NCBI RefSeq assembly: GCF_009914755.1
Contig: NC_060937.1
Strand: one strand, 5' to 3'
Source of the DNA: the human T2T-CHM13v2.0 reference genome, Homo sapiens
Length of the DNA stretch: 64,000 bases
The position numbers and the translations under genes were made by a program. Below the pieces are notes generated by a model. It was not told the origin of the DNA and ran no database searches. It was given only the letters and a program-made list of their open reading frames with translations. This document shows, one piece after another, positions 27,660 through 39,249 of this stretch (position 1 is its first letter; each line of letters opens with the position of its first letter).

Positions 27660-28018
27660 TCTGCATTTGTTTTCTGGGGCGTGTGCATGTGTGTAGGCAC
27701 GTGCATGTGTGCGTGCGTGTGTGTGTGTGTGACAGAGTCTTGGTCTGTCACTCAGGCTGGAGTGCAGTGGTGCAATCACAGCTCACTGCAGCTTCCACCT
27801 CCAGGTCTCAAGCGATCCCCATACCTCAGCCTCCCCAGTAGCTTGACACTACCGTCGTGCACCAACATGCCTGACCAATTTTTTAATGTTTTGTAGAGAC
27901 AGGGTCTCGTTATGCTAGCCAGGCTGGTCTTGAACTCCTGGGCTCCAGCGAACCTCCTGCTTCAGCCTCCCAAAATGCTGGGGTGCTGGGATTATAGTCA
28001 TGAACCACTGCAGTTAGC
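27660..28018 (-). mobile_element. Alu (AluJ) whose tail became an alternating purine/pyrimidine (TG/CG/CA) tract at 27679-27731
   Basis: AluJ diagnostics are present. The approximate TSD TCTCCTTTTACTCTG / TCCTCCCTTTACTCTG encloses the tract. Confidence 0.93.
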
Positions 28019-28344
28019 TCTCCTCCCTTTACTCTGGAGTCCAGGTCTTGTCTCTTCTATGTTGGCCCTATGGCTCATTTGGGTTCACTGAGGTAACATG
28101 AGGCCACTGAACTGGGAGCAGAAAAAGGGCCTGCTGAGAACATTCCCAGCAGCCCAAATTGCTATTGATAGGGAAAAATGCAAGTGGCATAAAGAAGAAT
28201 ACTTAGGAAATATTTTTAATTATAAAGTTTATTTAAGGATATCTACAATGTTGAAACCTCAAAGTAGGGTTTAACTTAGAAGAGATATCCTCCCTGATGA
28301 AAAACCTCTAATGCTTAGAATCCAATAACAACTCTGTGGTATTT

Positions 28345-28635
28345 TGTCTTTCAAGGCCCTGTATGATCACATCTCACCTACCATTCCCTTCCTTGGATCA
28401 CCACACTCCAGATGCACTAACTTTTTGTATTCAAACCTGCAAGTACATTCCAACTGAAAACTTGCATATGTGCGTTCCCTCTGCCTAGAATGCCGTTTGC
28501 CCAAAGCTTTATTTTTTTATTTCACTTATTACAGCCTATATTACTTTGCCTCTTTATTTATTTGCCTGTTTCCTTGCTTTCATGTCTGCAGACTCATCAA
28601 TCTCCTCCCACTAGAAATCAAACTCAATTTGATCA
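28345..28635 (+). mobile_element. L2 fragment
   Basis: TCAAGGCCCTGTATGATC...GCGTTCCCTCTGCCTAGAATGCC...CTCCCACTAGAAATCAAACTC. Confidence 0.7.
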
Positions 28636-28640
28636 ATGAC

Positions 28641-28840
28641 TATAGTAGATTGTAATAGTGGCCACAATTACTGTCTTCATTCTACCCATTCTCCTTTTCA
28701 ATGTGACTTTGCACCAGCTCCCATCAGCAAGCTTATTCTATTTCTCCACCCAATAAATCCAAACTAGCCTTAAGCCTACAAAATGCAGAGGAAATGAAGT
28801 TATGCACATCCCTATTCTAAGCCTCAAAAAACCTTGCACA
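28641..28840 (+). mobile_element. MLT1I/J-like LTR, 5' part (3' part at about 30565-30760)
   Basis: TAGTAGATTGTAATAGTGGCCACAATT...CAATGTGACTTTGCA..CTCCCATCA...CTAAGCCTCAA. It continues as CCTGGCCCAGATCAGCA..CAGCTGACC. Confidence 0.7.
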
Positions 28841-28844
28841 ATCT

Positions 28845-30555
28845 ACATCATGTCCTGGAGCATTTCCCCAGAGTTTTCTTCTATGAGTTTTATATTTTCA
28901 GGTCTTAGATCCAAGCCTCTAGTCCATTTTGATTTGATTTTTCTGTATGGTGAGAACTTGGGGTCTAGTTTCATTCTTCTGCATATGGTTATCCAATTTT
29001 CCAAGTACCACTCATCAACAAAATTGTCCTTCAGCCATTGTACGTTTTGATCTTTGTCAAAGGTGAGTCGTTGGTAAATGCATGGATTTATATGTGGGTT
29101 CTCTATTTCGTTCCGTTGGTCTATGTGTGTGTTTTTATGCCAGCACTTTGCTGTTTGGCTTACTACAGCTTTGTAGTACATTTTGGAATGAGGTAGTGTG
29201 ATGCCTCCAGCTTTGGGGTTTTTTTTGCTCAAGATTACTTTGGCTATTCAGGGTCTTTTGTGATTTCGTTACAGGTAGTTAGACAGGCATAAGCAGAACA
29301 GGAGAGAGCTCTTTCCCCACCCACCAGGAAAGTCAGGCGATCATCAGTATGGTTTGGCAGTTATCACATTGCCTCTCTAAAAATGATAATTTGGCTGCTA
29401 GCACCAGGGAGAGACAATCTCCTGGTGGCCCACAGCTGTCACATTAAAGTGTTCATTGAATGCAGGGACCAGGGAGAATCAACTTCCCAAATAAATAAAA
29501 ACACTTGAAATCGGTAATAAAATCTCAAGTATTGGGAAGTGAGCCTGGGCATGAGCATTAAGAGACAAAATGGGGGAGTATGATCTTTTTGGGAGCATTC
29601 CACCTGAAAAGGGAAGAAAGCCTCAGATGGGCATGCATACAACTTCCTAAACACACTGCTCATGCTCACTTCCCAAGTGTAAGGAGGACACTGCACATGC
29701 GGGCAGCCCACCCTAAGGGAAGAATCATGGGAAAGAGGCACAAGACACCAAAAGTGGGCCAGCATATAAAGTCCTAAGATCAAGGTTAAATGCCACACTT
29801 GATCTTCACAGTGCCCACTTGGGTCTCTTCCAAGTGTACTTTCCTTTCTTTCCTGCTCTAAAGCTTTTAAATGAACTTCCACACCTGCTGTAAAACTTCC
29901 CTTAGTCTCTTTTTCTGCCTTATGCCCCTCAGTCAAATTGTTTCTTCTGAGGAGGGAAGAATTGAGGTTGCTGCAGACCTGAGTTACTGGATTCACTGCC
30001 AGTAACTCAGGTACCTTCCACCCCTAACAGTTTCATATAAATCTTAGAATTTTTTTCCTATTTCCATGAAGAATGTCAGTGGCATTCTGATAGGGATTGC
30101 ATTGAATCTGTAAATTGCTTTGAGTAATATTGTCATTCTAACAATAATAATTTTTCCAATCCATAAGCATAGAATATCTTTCCATTTTTTTTTGGTGTCC
30201 TTTTCTATTTCCTTCATCAGAGTTTTATAGTTTACCTTGTATAGATCTTTCTCTTCTTAGGTAAGATTGGTTCCCAGATATTTTACATTTTTTGTAGTTA
30301 TTATAAATGGGTTTGCTTTCTTTATTTCTTTTTCAGATTGCTTGCTGTTGGCGTATACAAATGGTAATGATTTCTGTATGATAATTTTGCATCATGCAAC
30401 TTTACTGAATTTGTTTTTCAGTTCTAACAGCTTTTTGGTGGAGAATTTAGGTCTTTCTAGGTATAAGATCATGTTGCCTGCAAATGGGCTAATTTGACTT
30501 CTTCCTTTTCAATTTGGATGTTATTTATTTCTTTCTCTCATCTAATTAGTCTAGC
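28845..30555 (-). mobile_element. L1 (L1MA/L1PB-like) internal ORF2 segment, interrupted by MER50
   Basis: Minus ORF 28843..29232 reads KAGGITLP..YYKAVV..CWHKN.HIDQRN.IENP...WITICRRMKLDP, which is L1 ORF2. Confidence 0.93.
29267..30029 (+). mobile_element. MER50-like ERV1 solo LTR
   Basis: Termini are (C)GTTACAGGTAGTTAGACAGGCAT ... CTAACA. It contains GGGAAGAAAGCCTCAGATGGGCATGC and a TATAAA box. The 4-bp TSD is ATTT/GTTT and the host L1 resumes in register. Confidence 0.88.
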
Positions 30556-30789
30556 CTCATCTAATTTTGCCAGTGAAGGCCATAGACATGTGAAAATACC
30601 TAGTCAATAAACAGCAAAGCTGTCTATCCTCTCTGCGTGCTGCTGAGCACAAATGCCTAAAAGAGTTAATTTAAAATCTGCCAAACCTGGCCCAGATCAG
30701 CAAAAATGCTCAGCTGACCTATGAATTTATGCTTATAATCTCTGAATAGTAAATAGTACTGAATGTTCAATCTGACCTTGTAATCTTAT

Positions 30790-33074
30790 TATATTAGTCT
30801 GTTCTCACAGTGCTAATAAAGACATACCTAAAACTGGGTAATACATAAAGGAAAGAGGTTTAATGGACTCACAGTTCAGCATGGCTGGGGAGGCCTCACA
30901 GTCATGGGAGAAGGCAAAGGAAGAGCAAGTCATGTCTTACATGGTGGCAGGAAAGAGGGCATGTGCAGGGGAACTCCCCTTTATAAAACCATCAGATCTC
31001 ATGAGATTTATTCACTATCACGAGAGCAGCATGGGAAAAACCCACCAACATAATTCAGTTACCTCCCATCAGGTTCCTCCATAACATGTAGGGATTATTA
31101 CAATTCAAGGTGAGATTTGGACAGCGACACAGCCAAACCAAATCATACCACCTCTGGCCCCTCCCAAATATCATGTCCTCACATTTCAAAACCAACTGTG
31201 TCTTCTCAATAGTCCCCCAAAAGAGTTAACTCATTTCAGCATTAACTCAAAAGTCCACAATCCAAAGTCTCATCTGAGACAAGTCTGTTCTGCTTATGAG
31301 AGTGTAAATTCTAAAGCAAATTAGTTACTTCTTAGATACAATGGGGATACAGGCATTGGGTAAATATACCCATTCCAAATGGGAGAAATTTGCCAAAATG
31401 AAGGGGCTACAGGCCCCATGTAAGTCTGAAATCCCACAGGACAGGCAAATCTCAAAGCTCCAAAATGATCTTTTTTGACTCCGTGTCTTGCATCCAGGTT
31501 ATGCTAATGTAAGAGGTGGGTTCCCATGGTCTTGGGCAACTCCACTCTGTGGCTGTGCACGGTGCAGTCCCCCTGCTGGCTGCTTTTACAAGCTGATGTT
31601 GAGTCTCTGAGGCTTTTTCAGATGCACGGTGCAAGCCGTCGGTGGATCTACCATTCTGGAGTCTGGAGGATGGTGACTCTCTTCTCGCAGCTCCACTAGG
31701 CAGTGCCGCAGTAGTGACTCTGTGTGGGGGCTCTAACCCCACTTTATCCTTCCATACTGCCCTAGCAGAGGTTTTCCATGAGGGCCCTGCCCCTGCAGCA
31801 AACTTCTACCTGGACAGACAGGCATTTCCACGCATCCTCTGAAATCTACACGGAGGTTCCCAAACCTCAATTCTTGACTTCTGTATACTTGCAGGGCCAA
31901 CACCACATGCAAGCTGACAAGGCTTGGGGCTTGCACCACTCTGAAGCCATAGCCAAAGCTACACCTTGGTCCTTTTTAGCCATGGATGGAGTGGCTAGGA
32001 TATAGGGCACCAAGTCCCTAGGCTGCACACAGCAGGGGTGCCCTGAACCCGGGCCATGAAACCATTTTTTCCTTCTAGACCTCTGGGCCTGTCATGGGAG
32101 GGGCTGCTGTGAAGATCTCTGACATGCCCTGGACACATTTTCCCCATTGTCTTGGCAATTAACATTTGGCTCCTGGTTATTTATGCAAATTTCTGAAGCC
32201 CATTTGAATTTTGCTCCAGAAAATGGGTTTTTCTTTTCTACTGCATTGTTGGGCTGCAAATTTTTTAAACTTGTATGCTCTGTCACCTCTTGAGTGCTTA
32301 GAAATTTCTGCCAGATGCCCTAAATCATCTCACTCAAGTTCTAAGTTCTACAGATCTCTAGGGCAGAAGAAAAATGCTGCCGGTCTCTTTGCTAAAGCAT
32401 AATAAGAGTCATCTTTGCTTCAGTTTCCAGCAAGTTCCTCATCTCCACCTGAGACCACCTCAGCCTGGACTGCATTGTCCATATCACTATCAGCATTTTG
32501 GTCAAAGCTATTCAACCAGTCTCTAAGAAGTTCCAATCTTTCCCGCATCTTCCTGCCTTCTGAGCACTCCAAGTCTCTAGGAAGTTCCAAATTTTCCCAC
32601 ATTTTCCTGTCTTTTGAGCCCTCCAAACTGTTCCAAACGCAGCCTGTTACCCAGTTCCAAAGTCGTTTCCACATTTTCAGGTATCTTTATAGCAGCACCC
32701 CACTCTACAAGTACCAATTTACTGTGTTAGTCCATTCTCATGCTCCTAATAAAGACATACGCAAGACTGGGTAATTTATAAAGGAAAGAGGTTTAATGGA
32801 CTCACAGTTCAGCATGGCTGGGGAGGCCTCACAATCATGGTGGAAGGTGAAGGAAGAGCAAGGCATGTTTTACATGGTGGCAGGCAAGACAGCATGTGCA
32901 GGGGAACTCCCCTTTATAAAACCATCAGCTCTCATGAGATGTATTCACTATCTCGAGAACAGCATGGGAAAAACCCACCAACATAATTCAATTACCTCCC
33001 ACTGAGTCCCTCCTGTGACACATATTACAATTCAAGGTGAGATTTGGGTGGGGACACAGAGCCAGCCCATATCA
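30790..33074 (-). mobile_element. Full-length THE1 (THE1C/D-like): LTR 30790-31145, internal 31146-32722, LTR 32723-33074
   Basis: Two direct LTRs share private variants and flank about 1.6 kb of THE1-int. A MaLR ORF remnant is present (MWKRLWNWVTG..NSLEGS.DRKMWE.LELPRD). The TSD is CTTAT/CTTGT. Confidence 0.97.
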
Positions 33075-33873
33075 CTTGTCAACCATCACTTAGGCCTTGG
33101 GGCATAATAGGTGTACAGCTAAGCCCTGGAGCCCTCAGGGAATCTTCCATGGCCCTAGTCTTCCCTCTTGCTCTAGGATTTATTTGTATTTCATTGCTTT
33201 GGGTATGGATTTTCTTCCCAATTAATTGAGCTGATTATTCTGTTTGATTGCTTCTTGATTGATTCCCACTTCTTTCTTCACCCCAAGGTGCTGAGCTTTG
33301 TTTTCCCTATGTTTTCACGTACAGCCTGGAAAAATCTTTTTCTCTCCTACTCCTAGGGCCACTTTTCCAGAAACCCAAATAATTGCTTCATGCACATTGG
33401 CTCAGGCTGCCCAAGGGCAAATTGTATTGCCCAAAGGGCTCTCATTGATACTTTTTGAGACCCACATCCTCCTTTCCAGGGAAATTATAAACCTATGGTT
33501 TCCATTTCTATTACCTAGTAGATGTGAGTCTCTATTCTTTTCTGAATATTTTTCTTATTTTACAGACTATGGCCAAATATTGTTAAATTATTAGCTCACT
33601 TGAATCCCTTAAATGTATTAAGAAGAGGAAAAGGGAAGAGGAGCATCTGTTTTTAAGGGGAAAAGGAACATCTAAATTTTTTAAGATTAAAGGTCTCCGG
33701 TGAACATAGTCTTCACTTCTTTTTCTTTTTTTCCTTTTTTTTTTTTTGCGGGGGGCTGTAAGTACTAATGCCATATTTTTAGCTATTCACGCATTGATGC
33801 CTTGTTTTAAGCAGGGATAATCACATTTATTCTCAGCCTTATGTTTTAAAATATGTTTACAGTTTATGGGGTA

Positions 33874-34075
33874 TTGCTGATTATATTTTTCAAAGATGGC
33901 ATAATGATATTTCTCATCTTGCAGATTCTTTTTATAATGTGAGCTTCCTGCTCCTTCATCAAAAGATAGTCTGTGCCCCCTCCCCTTAAGCATGGACAGA
34001 ACTTTGTAACTGTCTTGACTAATAAAATGTAATCAGAAGTGATATTATGTGACTTCCAAGGACAGATTATAGAAT
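33874..34075 (+). mobile_element. MLT1G/H-like LTR 5' fragment
   Basis: GATTATATTTTTCAAAGATGGC...CCCTCCCCTT...TTGACTAATAAAATGT..CAGAAGTGA..ATGTGACTTCC. Confidence 0.75.
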
Positions 34076-34153
34076 AAAACTGAAGAACATTAAAATGACA
34101 TGAACCGACATAATAACTAAAGGAAGAACAAAAGTTTTTAAAAAATCATTCAA

Positions 34154-34341
34154 TAGTAGTTCTCACACTTTACTGTAGATCATCAGAATTACTTGGAGGG
34201 CTTGATTAAAGAGATTTCTGGGCGCCACTTCCATATTCTCTGATTCAGAAATCTGAAGTGGGGTCTGAAGAATTGCATTTCTAAAAAGTTTTTATATGAT
34301 GCTGATGTGGCTGGTTCAGAGACCACACTCAGAAAAACACT
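34154..34341. mobile_element. MER5A (hAT-Charlie MITE)
   Basis: AGTAGTTCTCACACTT..CATCAGAATTACTTGGAGGGCTTG..TCTGATTCAG..TTGCATTTCTAA..GACCACACT..AAAACACT. Confidence 0.88.
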
Positions 34342-35856
34342 AATGAAAGAAAATATCAACTGACAAAACAGGAAACTTTTAGAAAAAAAGTTCAACAACT
34401 AAAAAATAAAAAAGTTCAGTGCTATGTTTAATAGTACACAAAGTTGGAGAAAACAAAAAATATGTGAATAATATCTAAAATAGTTTCGGCATAAGGCCTT
34501 TAGTCCTTAAGCTTCCCTCGACAAACCAATCAACTGTAATTAGTAAGTGATTATTTAACAATAGTATATTTTCTCTTGGTCATACATCTAAACATCACCT
34601 TTAGATCATCAGCTCTAAAAAAGAGCACACAACTTTGCCAAGAAAGGCCAGTTTAAGAGACCCATAAAGACAGGAAAACAAGAAAAGGAACCAGACTTTT
34701 ACACTTACCCTATTCAAGAAATTCCAAATGCAAACATCTCATGTGAAGATACCTTGGCCTTTGTACCTAAATTACAGTGTTTGGGAATTAGCCTTTTTCT
34801 GGGCAATTAAAAAAATTATTAGCTCAACTCTGTGACTAATACAGTTAAAGTCACCATGAAAGAGCTAGAATTAAGCCCACATTACTCATGCGACCACAGT
34901 TAACAAGCCAAAATAGCTCAGCACATTGCTGATCTACAACAATAGTATTCCAAATGTTTAATTAGGACATGATTGTATGTTACCTGAAGGGTTACAATGC
35001 CAACAAAATAATTTTTTTTCTTTTGTCCTTAGGAGAAAAAATGTCAGGGTGAGGAGAGACAGTCACAGCTGTCTCCTAATAAAATAAAATGCAGTATTTT
35101 AAAATTATCAGGCATTCTTTCAATCTAGGAAGAACCCCATTACATACTTTTCCAGTTGTTATCCCACATATTTAATACTAACAAGAAGAAAAATGTTAAC
35201 ATTGTTCTATTATTTTACAAATATCCTTTCCTCACGTGTACTCGTTCTCAATAACAGACAATTTTTTCTTCTTCTGATGAGAAAATGTCTGACAAAACAA
35301 TACAATGAGTTGTGTATACAATGGCAATATAGAAGCCTTGATGGTATTTGGCATTATTCTCAAATACCTAGATAAAACTTTCAAGCTCCAGTTACCTTAT
35401 AAAATGTCAGTTACCAAGGAACAGATAGCCAGATGGTTAAATATTTCAAGTATTTTCCAAATAACACCAGCAACAATATTAAACCCAGTTATCACTATCT
35501 GTGCTATGACTTTATGAATGCAAAACAGGAAAATATTGCTCCTAGATAAAATTTTATATCCAAACATCACAATTTCTTAAGGACTTTTTCCTGGGCCAAA
35601 ATTTTGTTCACTTGGTGCTGACACACTAATTATCCAGAATATTAAGAATAATTGTTATTTATTTCATTCAACATAAATATTTTGAACAAACCCTAAGTGC
35701 CAGGTAACCTGGTAGGCATCAGGTACCTGCTAAAATTAAAATATAATTCTTTCCTCTCAATGGTCCACATTGTCTAGTGGATGTTAACCATGAAAATATA
35801 TAATTACAATACATGTCAATGCATGTTATTTTAGTGACAAGAACCGAATTGTTAAG

Positions 35857-36213
35857 TGATATGGTTTGGCTGTGTCCCTACCCAAATCTCATCTTGAATT
35901 GTAACCCACAATTCCCATGTTCTTGGAAGGAACCTGGTGGGAGGTAATTAAATCATGGGGGCAAGTCTTTCTCGTGCTGTTCTTGTGATAGTGAATAGGT
36001 CTCACGGGATCTGATGGTTTTAAAAATGGGAATTTCCCTGCACAAACTCTCTCTTTGCCTGCTGCCATCCATGTAAGATGTGATTTGCTCCTCCTTACCT
36101 TCCACCATGATTGTGAGGCCTCCCCAGTCCTCTGGAACTGTAAGTCCATTAACCTCTTTTTCTTCCCAGTTTCAGGTATGTCTTTATTAGCAGCATGAAA
36201 ACGGACTAACACA
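35857..36213 (+). mobile_element. THE1A/B solo LTR
   Basis: TGATATGGTTTGGCTGTGTCCC ... ACGGACTAACACA, with TSD TTAAG/TTCAG. Confidence 0.96.
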
Positions 36214-36456
36214 TTCAGACACAAAGGAGGGTTAATAAATCACTGTATTATTTTGATATAGCAACTCTTCATAAAAGTTTGACATTTAAATGTACAGGTA
36301 TTTGCCTACTAGAAAGTATGGAAAAGGAATTACAAGAAAAATAATGTAAAAATTTCTATTGGGTAGCCTAGTAAGCATATGGAGTAAAACAATAATTGAA
36401 AGTAAGTCATCGTGACTTCAGTGGTGGCAAGAGATGAACTTTAAGAGGAAAGTGTA

Positions 36457-36781
<325 letters not shown>

Positions 36782-37649
36782 TCATGAGTGACTCAGATAC
36801 CAGGTTCAGGTTAATACCTGTAGCCAACAAGATGCTGTTAAGGGAGTAGCATTATTTATTTTATTTCAGATTAATTTACCATCATTGTTTCACTAAAGAA
36901 TAAGCCCTTGAGAGAATATTATACTCAAAGGAAATGGATTAATTTTCATGAAGGGGAAAGTGATACTTGCAGCATTTTCCGGATTGCCAACATGGTGGCT
37001 CAACTCTGCAGCTAGAAAGCAAATAATATGGAAACTCATCCCTGGGCCTCTGGCTGGGGTAGAGGATTGAAGCTGCCCAAAGCAGACCACCCCTTCACCA
37101 ATTTCACACAGGAGCCTCCAGTGGCCCCTTAGGGACAGCGTGTAGACACAGATAAAGAGTTCTTGAGCACTATAAAGTACAGAGGAACAAACTGACTGCT
37201 CTATGAATTAATACCAACATTTATTTAGATTAGGTAAGACACTTATGGTACATTGAAAACAAAGTGATTAAAAACACATTTATGCAAATCTCATTTGTGG
37301 CAGATAGGACTCTCAGATTTGGCAGTTGTGTGATCTTAACAAATATGGCTTTAATAATGCATTAAGACTTAATTCATGAATTTTCCGTATTGGATTGTTT
37401 AGAAATTAGTCCCCATTTGGGAAAGATCCTGTTGCACTGAAATTAGTGTGGGGGGACTGGTATAAGGTTAATGGATTTGGGTGTTTAGAATACATTTGTT
37501 CACTTAATTCATCAGAAAGGCAGCCCAAGTCTTCAAAAATAAAACTATCACCATCTGCACAGCAACAGTTAGTATTCATCAAAATATTTAGTCAAAACAA
37601 CCAGATCAAAGTCCTATCGAATCTACAAAGGGACCTGTGACACCCTTAG

Positions 37650-37782
37650 CCCAATTTCAGAGCACTGAAATATGACCCTGAAGAGGTTAAATGCTTTGTC
37701 TATTGTCAGACTTCTAGGATAAGCAAAGCCACAACTAATATCAGGTCTTCTGACTAAATCCAATTTTTCTTAGCTACACCAT
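37650..37782 (-). mobile_element. MIR fragment
   Basis: GAGGTTAAATGCTTTGTC...CAGGTCTTCTGACTAAATCCA...CTACACCA. Confidence 0.65.
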
Positions 37783-37919
37783 AGGGTATCCGGTTCTGTG
37801 GTTGTTTATTTGCATGAAAGAGAACAACTTTATTCTCATATAGGCGGATGCCATCAGCCCAGATTGGGTATGAATGTATCAGTCCCCCAGGACATTGTAG
37901 TTGGTTAGCATATAAATCT

Positions 37920-38325
37920 TAAGAAGTATTTGCCTGGTCTGCAACATTCTCTTTTTTCCTGGGAATTCGAACCTCACAGTTCAAAGGAATGGACCTCTTA
38001 GCACCATTTTGACCCACTCCTCCACTTTGTATGCTACGGAGCGGGATTTTGGAATTGCAGCTGAGAGGTTCTCTTCCTCTTTGAGCTCTTCTCTTGAATT
38101 GAAGTAACGTGAACTCTGGAACTGCGGGGACTCTAGCAGAAGAAGAACTGCAGGTAAAGTGACCGCTGATGACAAGAACAAAGCCGGCATGCAGCGAGAA
38201 ACAGAGCAAAGACCAGGTAGCCCCAGGGAGAGAGTGCCTTGGTTCCTCATTATTTTCCAGTTCCCGCAGGCTCTCCAGTGTCAAGGCTCACCTGTACTTT
38301 CTACTCTTGCATTCTGAAATATATT
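37920..38325 (+). mobile_element. Possible ancient MaLR/ERVL LTR (MLT1K/L-like), CpG-retaining
   Basis: General MLT1-like layout (GAACAAAGCC..CATGCAG.GAGAAACAGAG...CCAGTTCC). The family call is tentative. Confidence 0.45.
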
Positions 38326-38617
38326 TCTAATTCCTCATACCAGGCAATGCAATCTCAAACAAGAGACTCTAAGAGAAAGTGTGAAGCCATTAGGATTTCC
38401 CCTGGCTGGCTATGCAGTGGGCAGTCTTTGGAAGTATACTGGAAGAATATGAGAATGTGCTTCAGAAGCTACAATAACTTGAGTGTATGAAACCAGAAAC
38501 AGACAAACTCTATTTCAGATGTTTTACACTGAAAGTGGAGAAAATTAGGGCATACTCCATAGAGACAGTTGGTGCCTAGGTCAAAACATTTATAAGAAAA
38601 TTCTATGCTCCACCCCT

Positions 38618-38800
38618 CTATTAGTCAGGATATGCTAACAGATATAACACACACAAAAAATCGAAGTTTCAAAAGCTTAGCATATGAAAAGCTTATTTCT
38701 CACTAACGCAAATGTTCTGTTTAGGCAGCTGCCTTGTGCAGATATCCTACAAATAATAACTCAAGGACAAACGCTTAGTTAATCAGTGGCTCACTCTGCC
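38618..38800 (-). mobile_element. Ancient MLT1-like LTR 3'-end fragment
   Basis: TATTAGTCAGGATATGCTA...GCTTAGCA...GCTTATTTCTCACT. Confidence 0.55.
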
Positions 38801-38839
38801 CTAGTTATTTATTTCTTCCTAGTTTAATTTATTAATTAA

Positions 38840-39002
38840 TTTTTTTTTGGAGACTTGCTCTGGGTGCAATCATAGCTTCGTAGCTCACTGCAGGCTCGAT
38901 CTCCTGGGCTCAAGCAATTTCCCAGCTTCAGCCTCTTGAGTAGCACACGCTTGGCTAATTTACTTTATTTTATATATATGTATAATATATTATATTTATA
39001 TT

Positions 39003-39048
<46 letters not shown>

Positions 39049-39190
39049 TATATATATATTTTTTTTTTTTAGAGACGAGGGTCTTGCTTTGTTGCCCCAG
39101 GCTGGTCTCAAACTCCTGACTTCAAATGATCCTTCTGCCTTGACCTCCCAAATTGCTGGGATTACAGGCATAAGCCACCACACCCAGCCC
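38840..39190 (-). mobile_element. Alu (AluJ, partly deleted) with (TA)n/(CA)19 microsatellite in its middle A-rich linker
   Basis: Right-arm remnant at 38840-38960, (CA)19 at 39007-39044, left arm at 39060-39190. Confidence 0.93.
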
Positions 39191-39249
39191 CCCAGCTCTT
39201 TAATTCCTTTGTTGAATCCTCTCTATCCAGGCAGTATAGTAAAGGAGAA

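Noticed and set aside
28843-29232. 129-aa L1 ORF2-like ORF as a functional gene
   Set aside because: A fragment of a broken L1 that lacks the EN and RT core.
29439-29996. 185-aa minus ORF
   Set aside because: Antisense read-through of the MER50 LTR with no protein features.
34690-35095. Several splice-like motifs on both strands (ACTTACC at about 34703, TTACCTG at about 34980, pyrimidine tract plus AG at about 35031)
   Set aside because: No consistent exon or reading frame could be built, and such motifs are expected by chance in AT-rich DNA.
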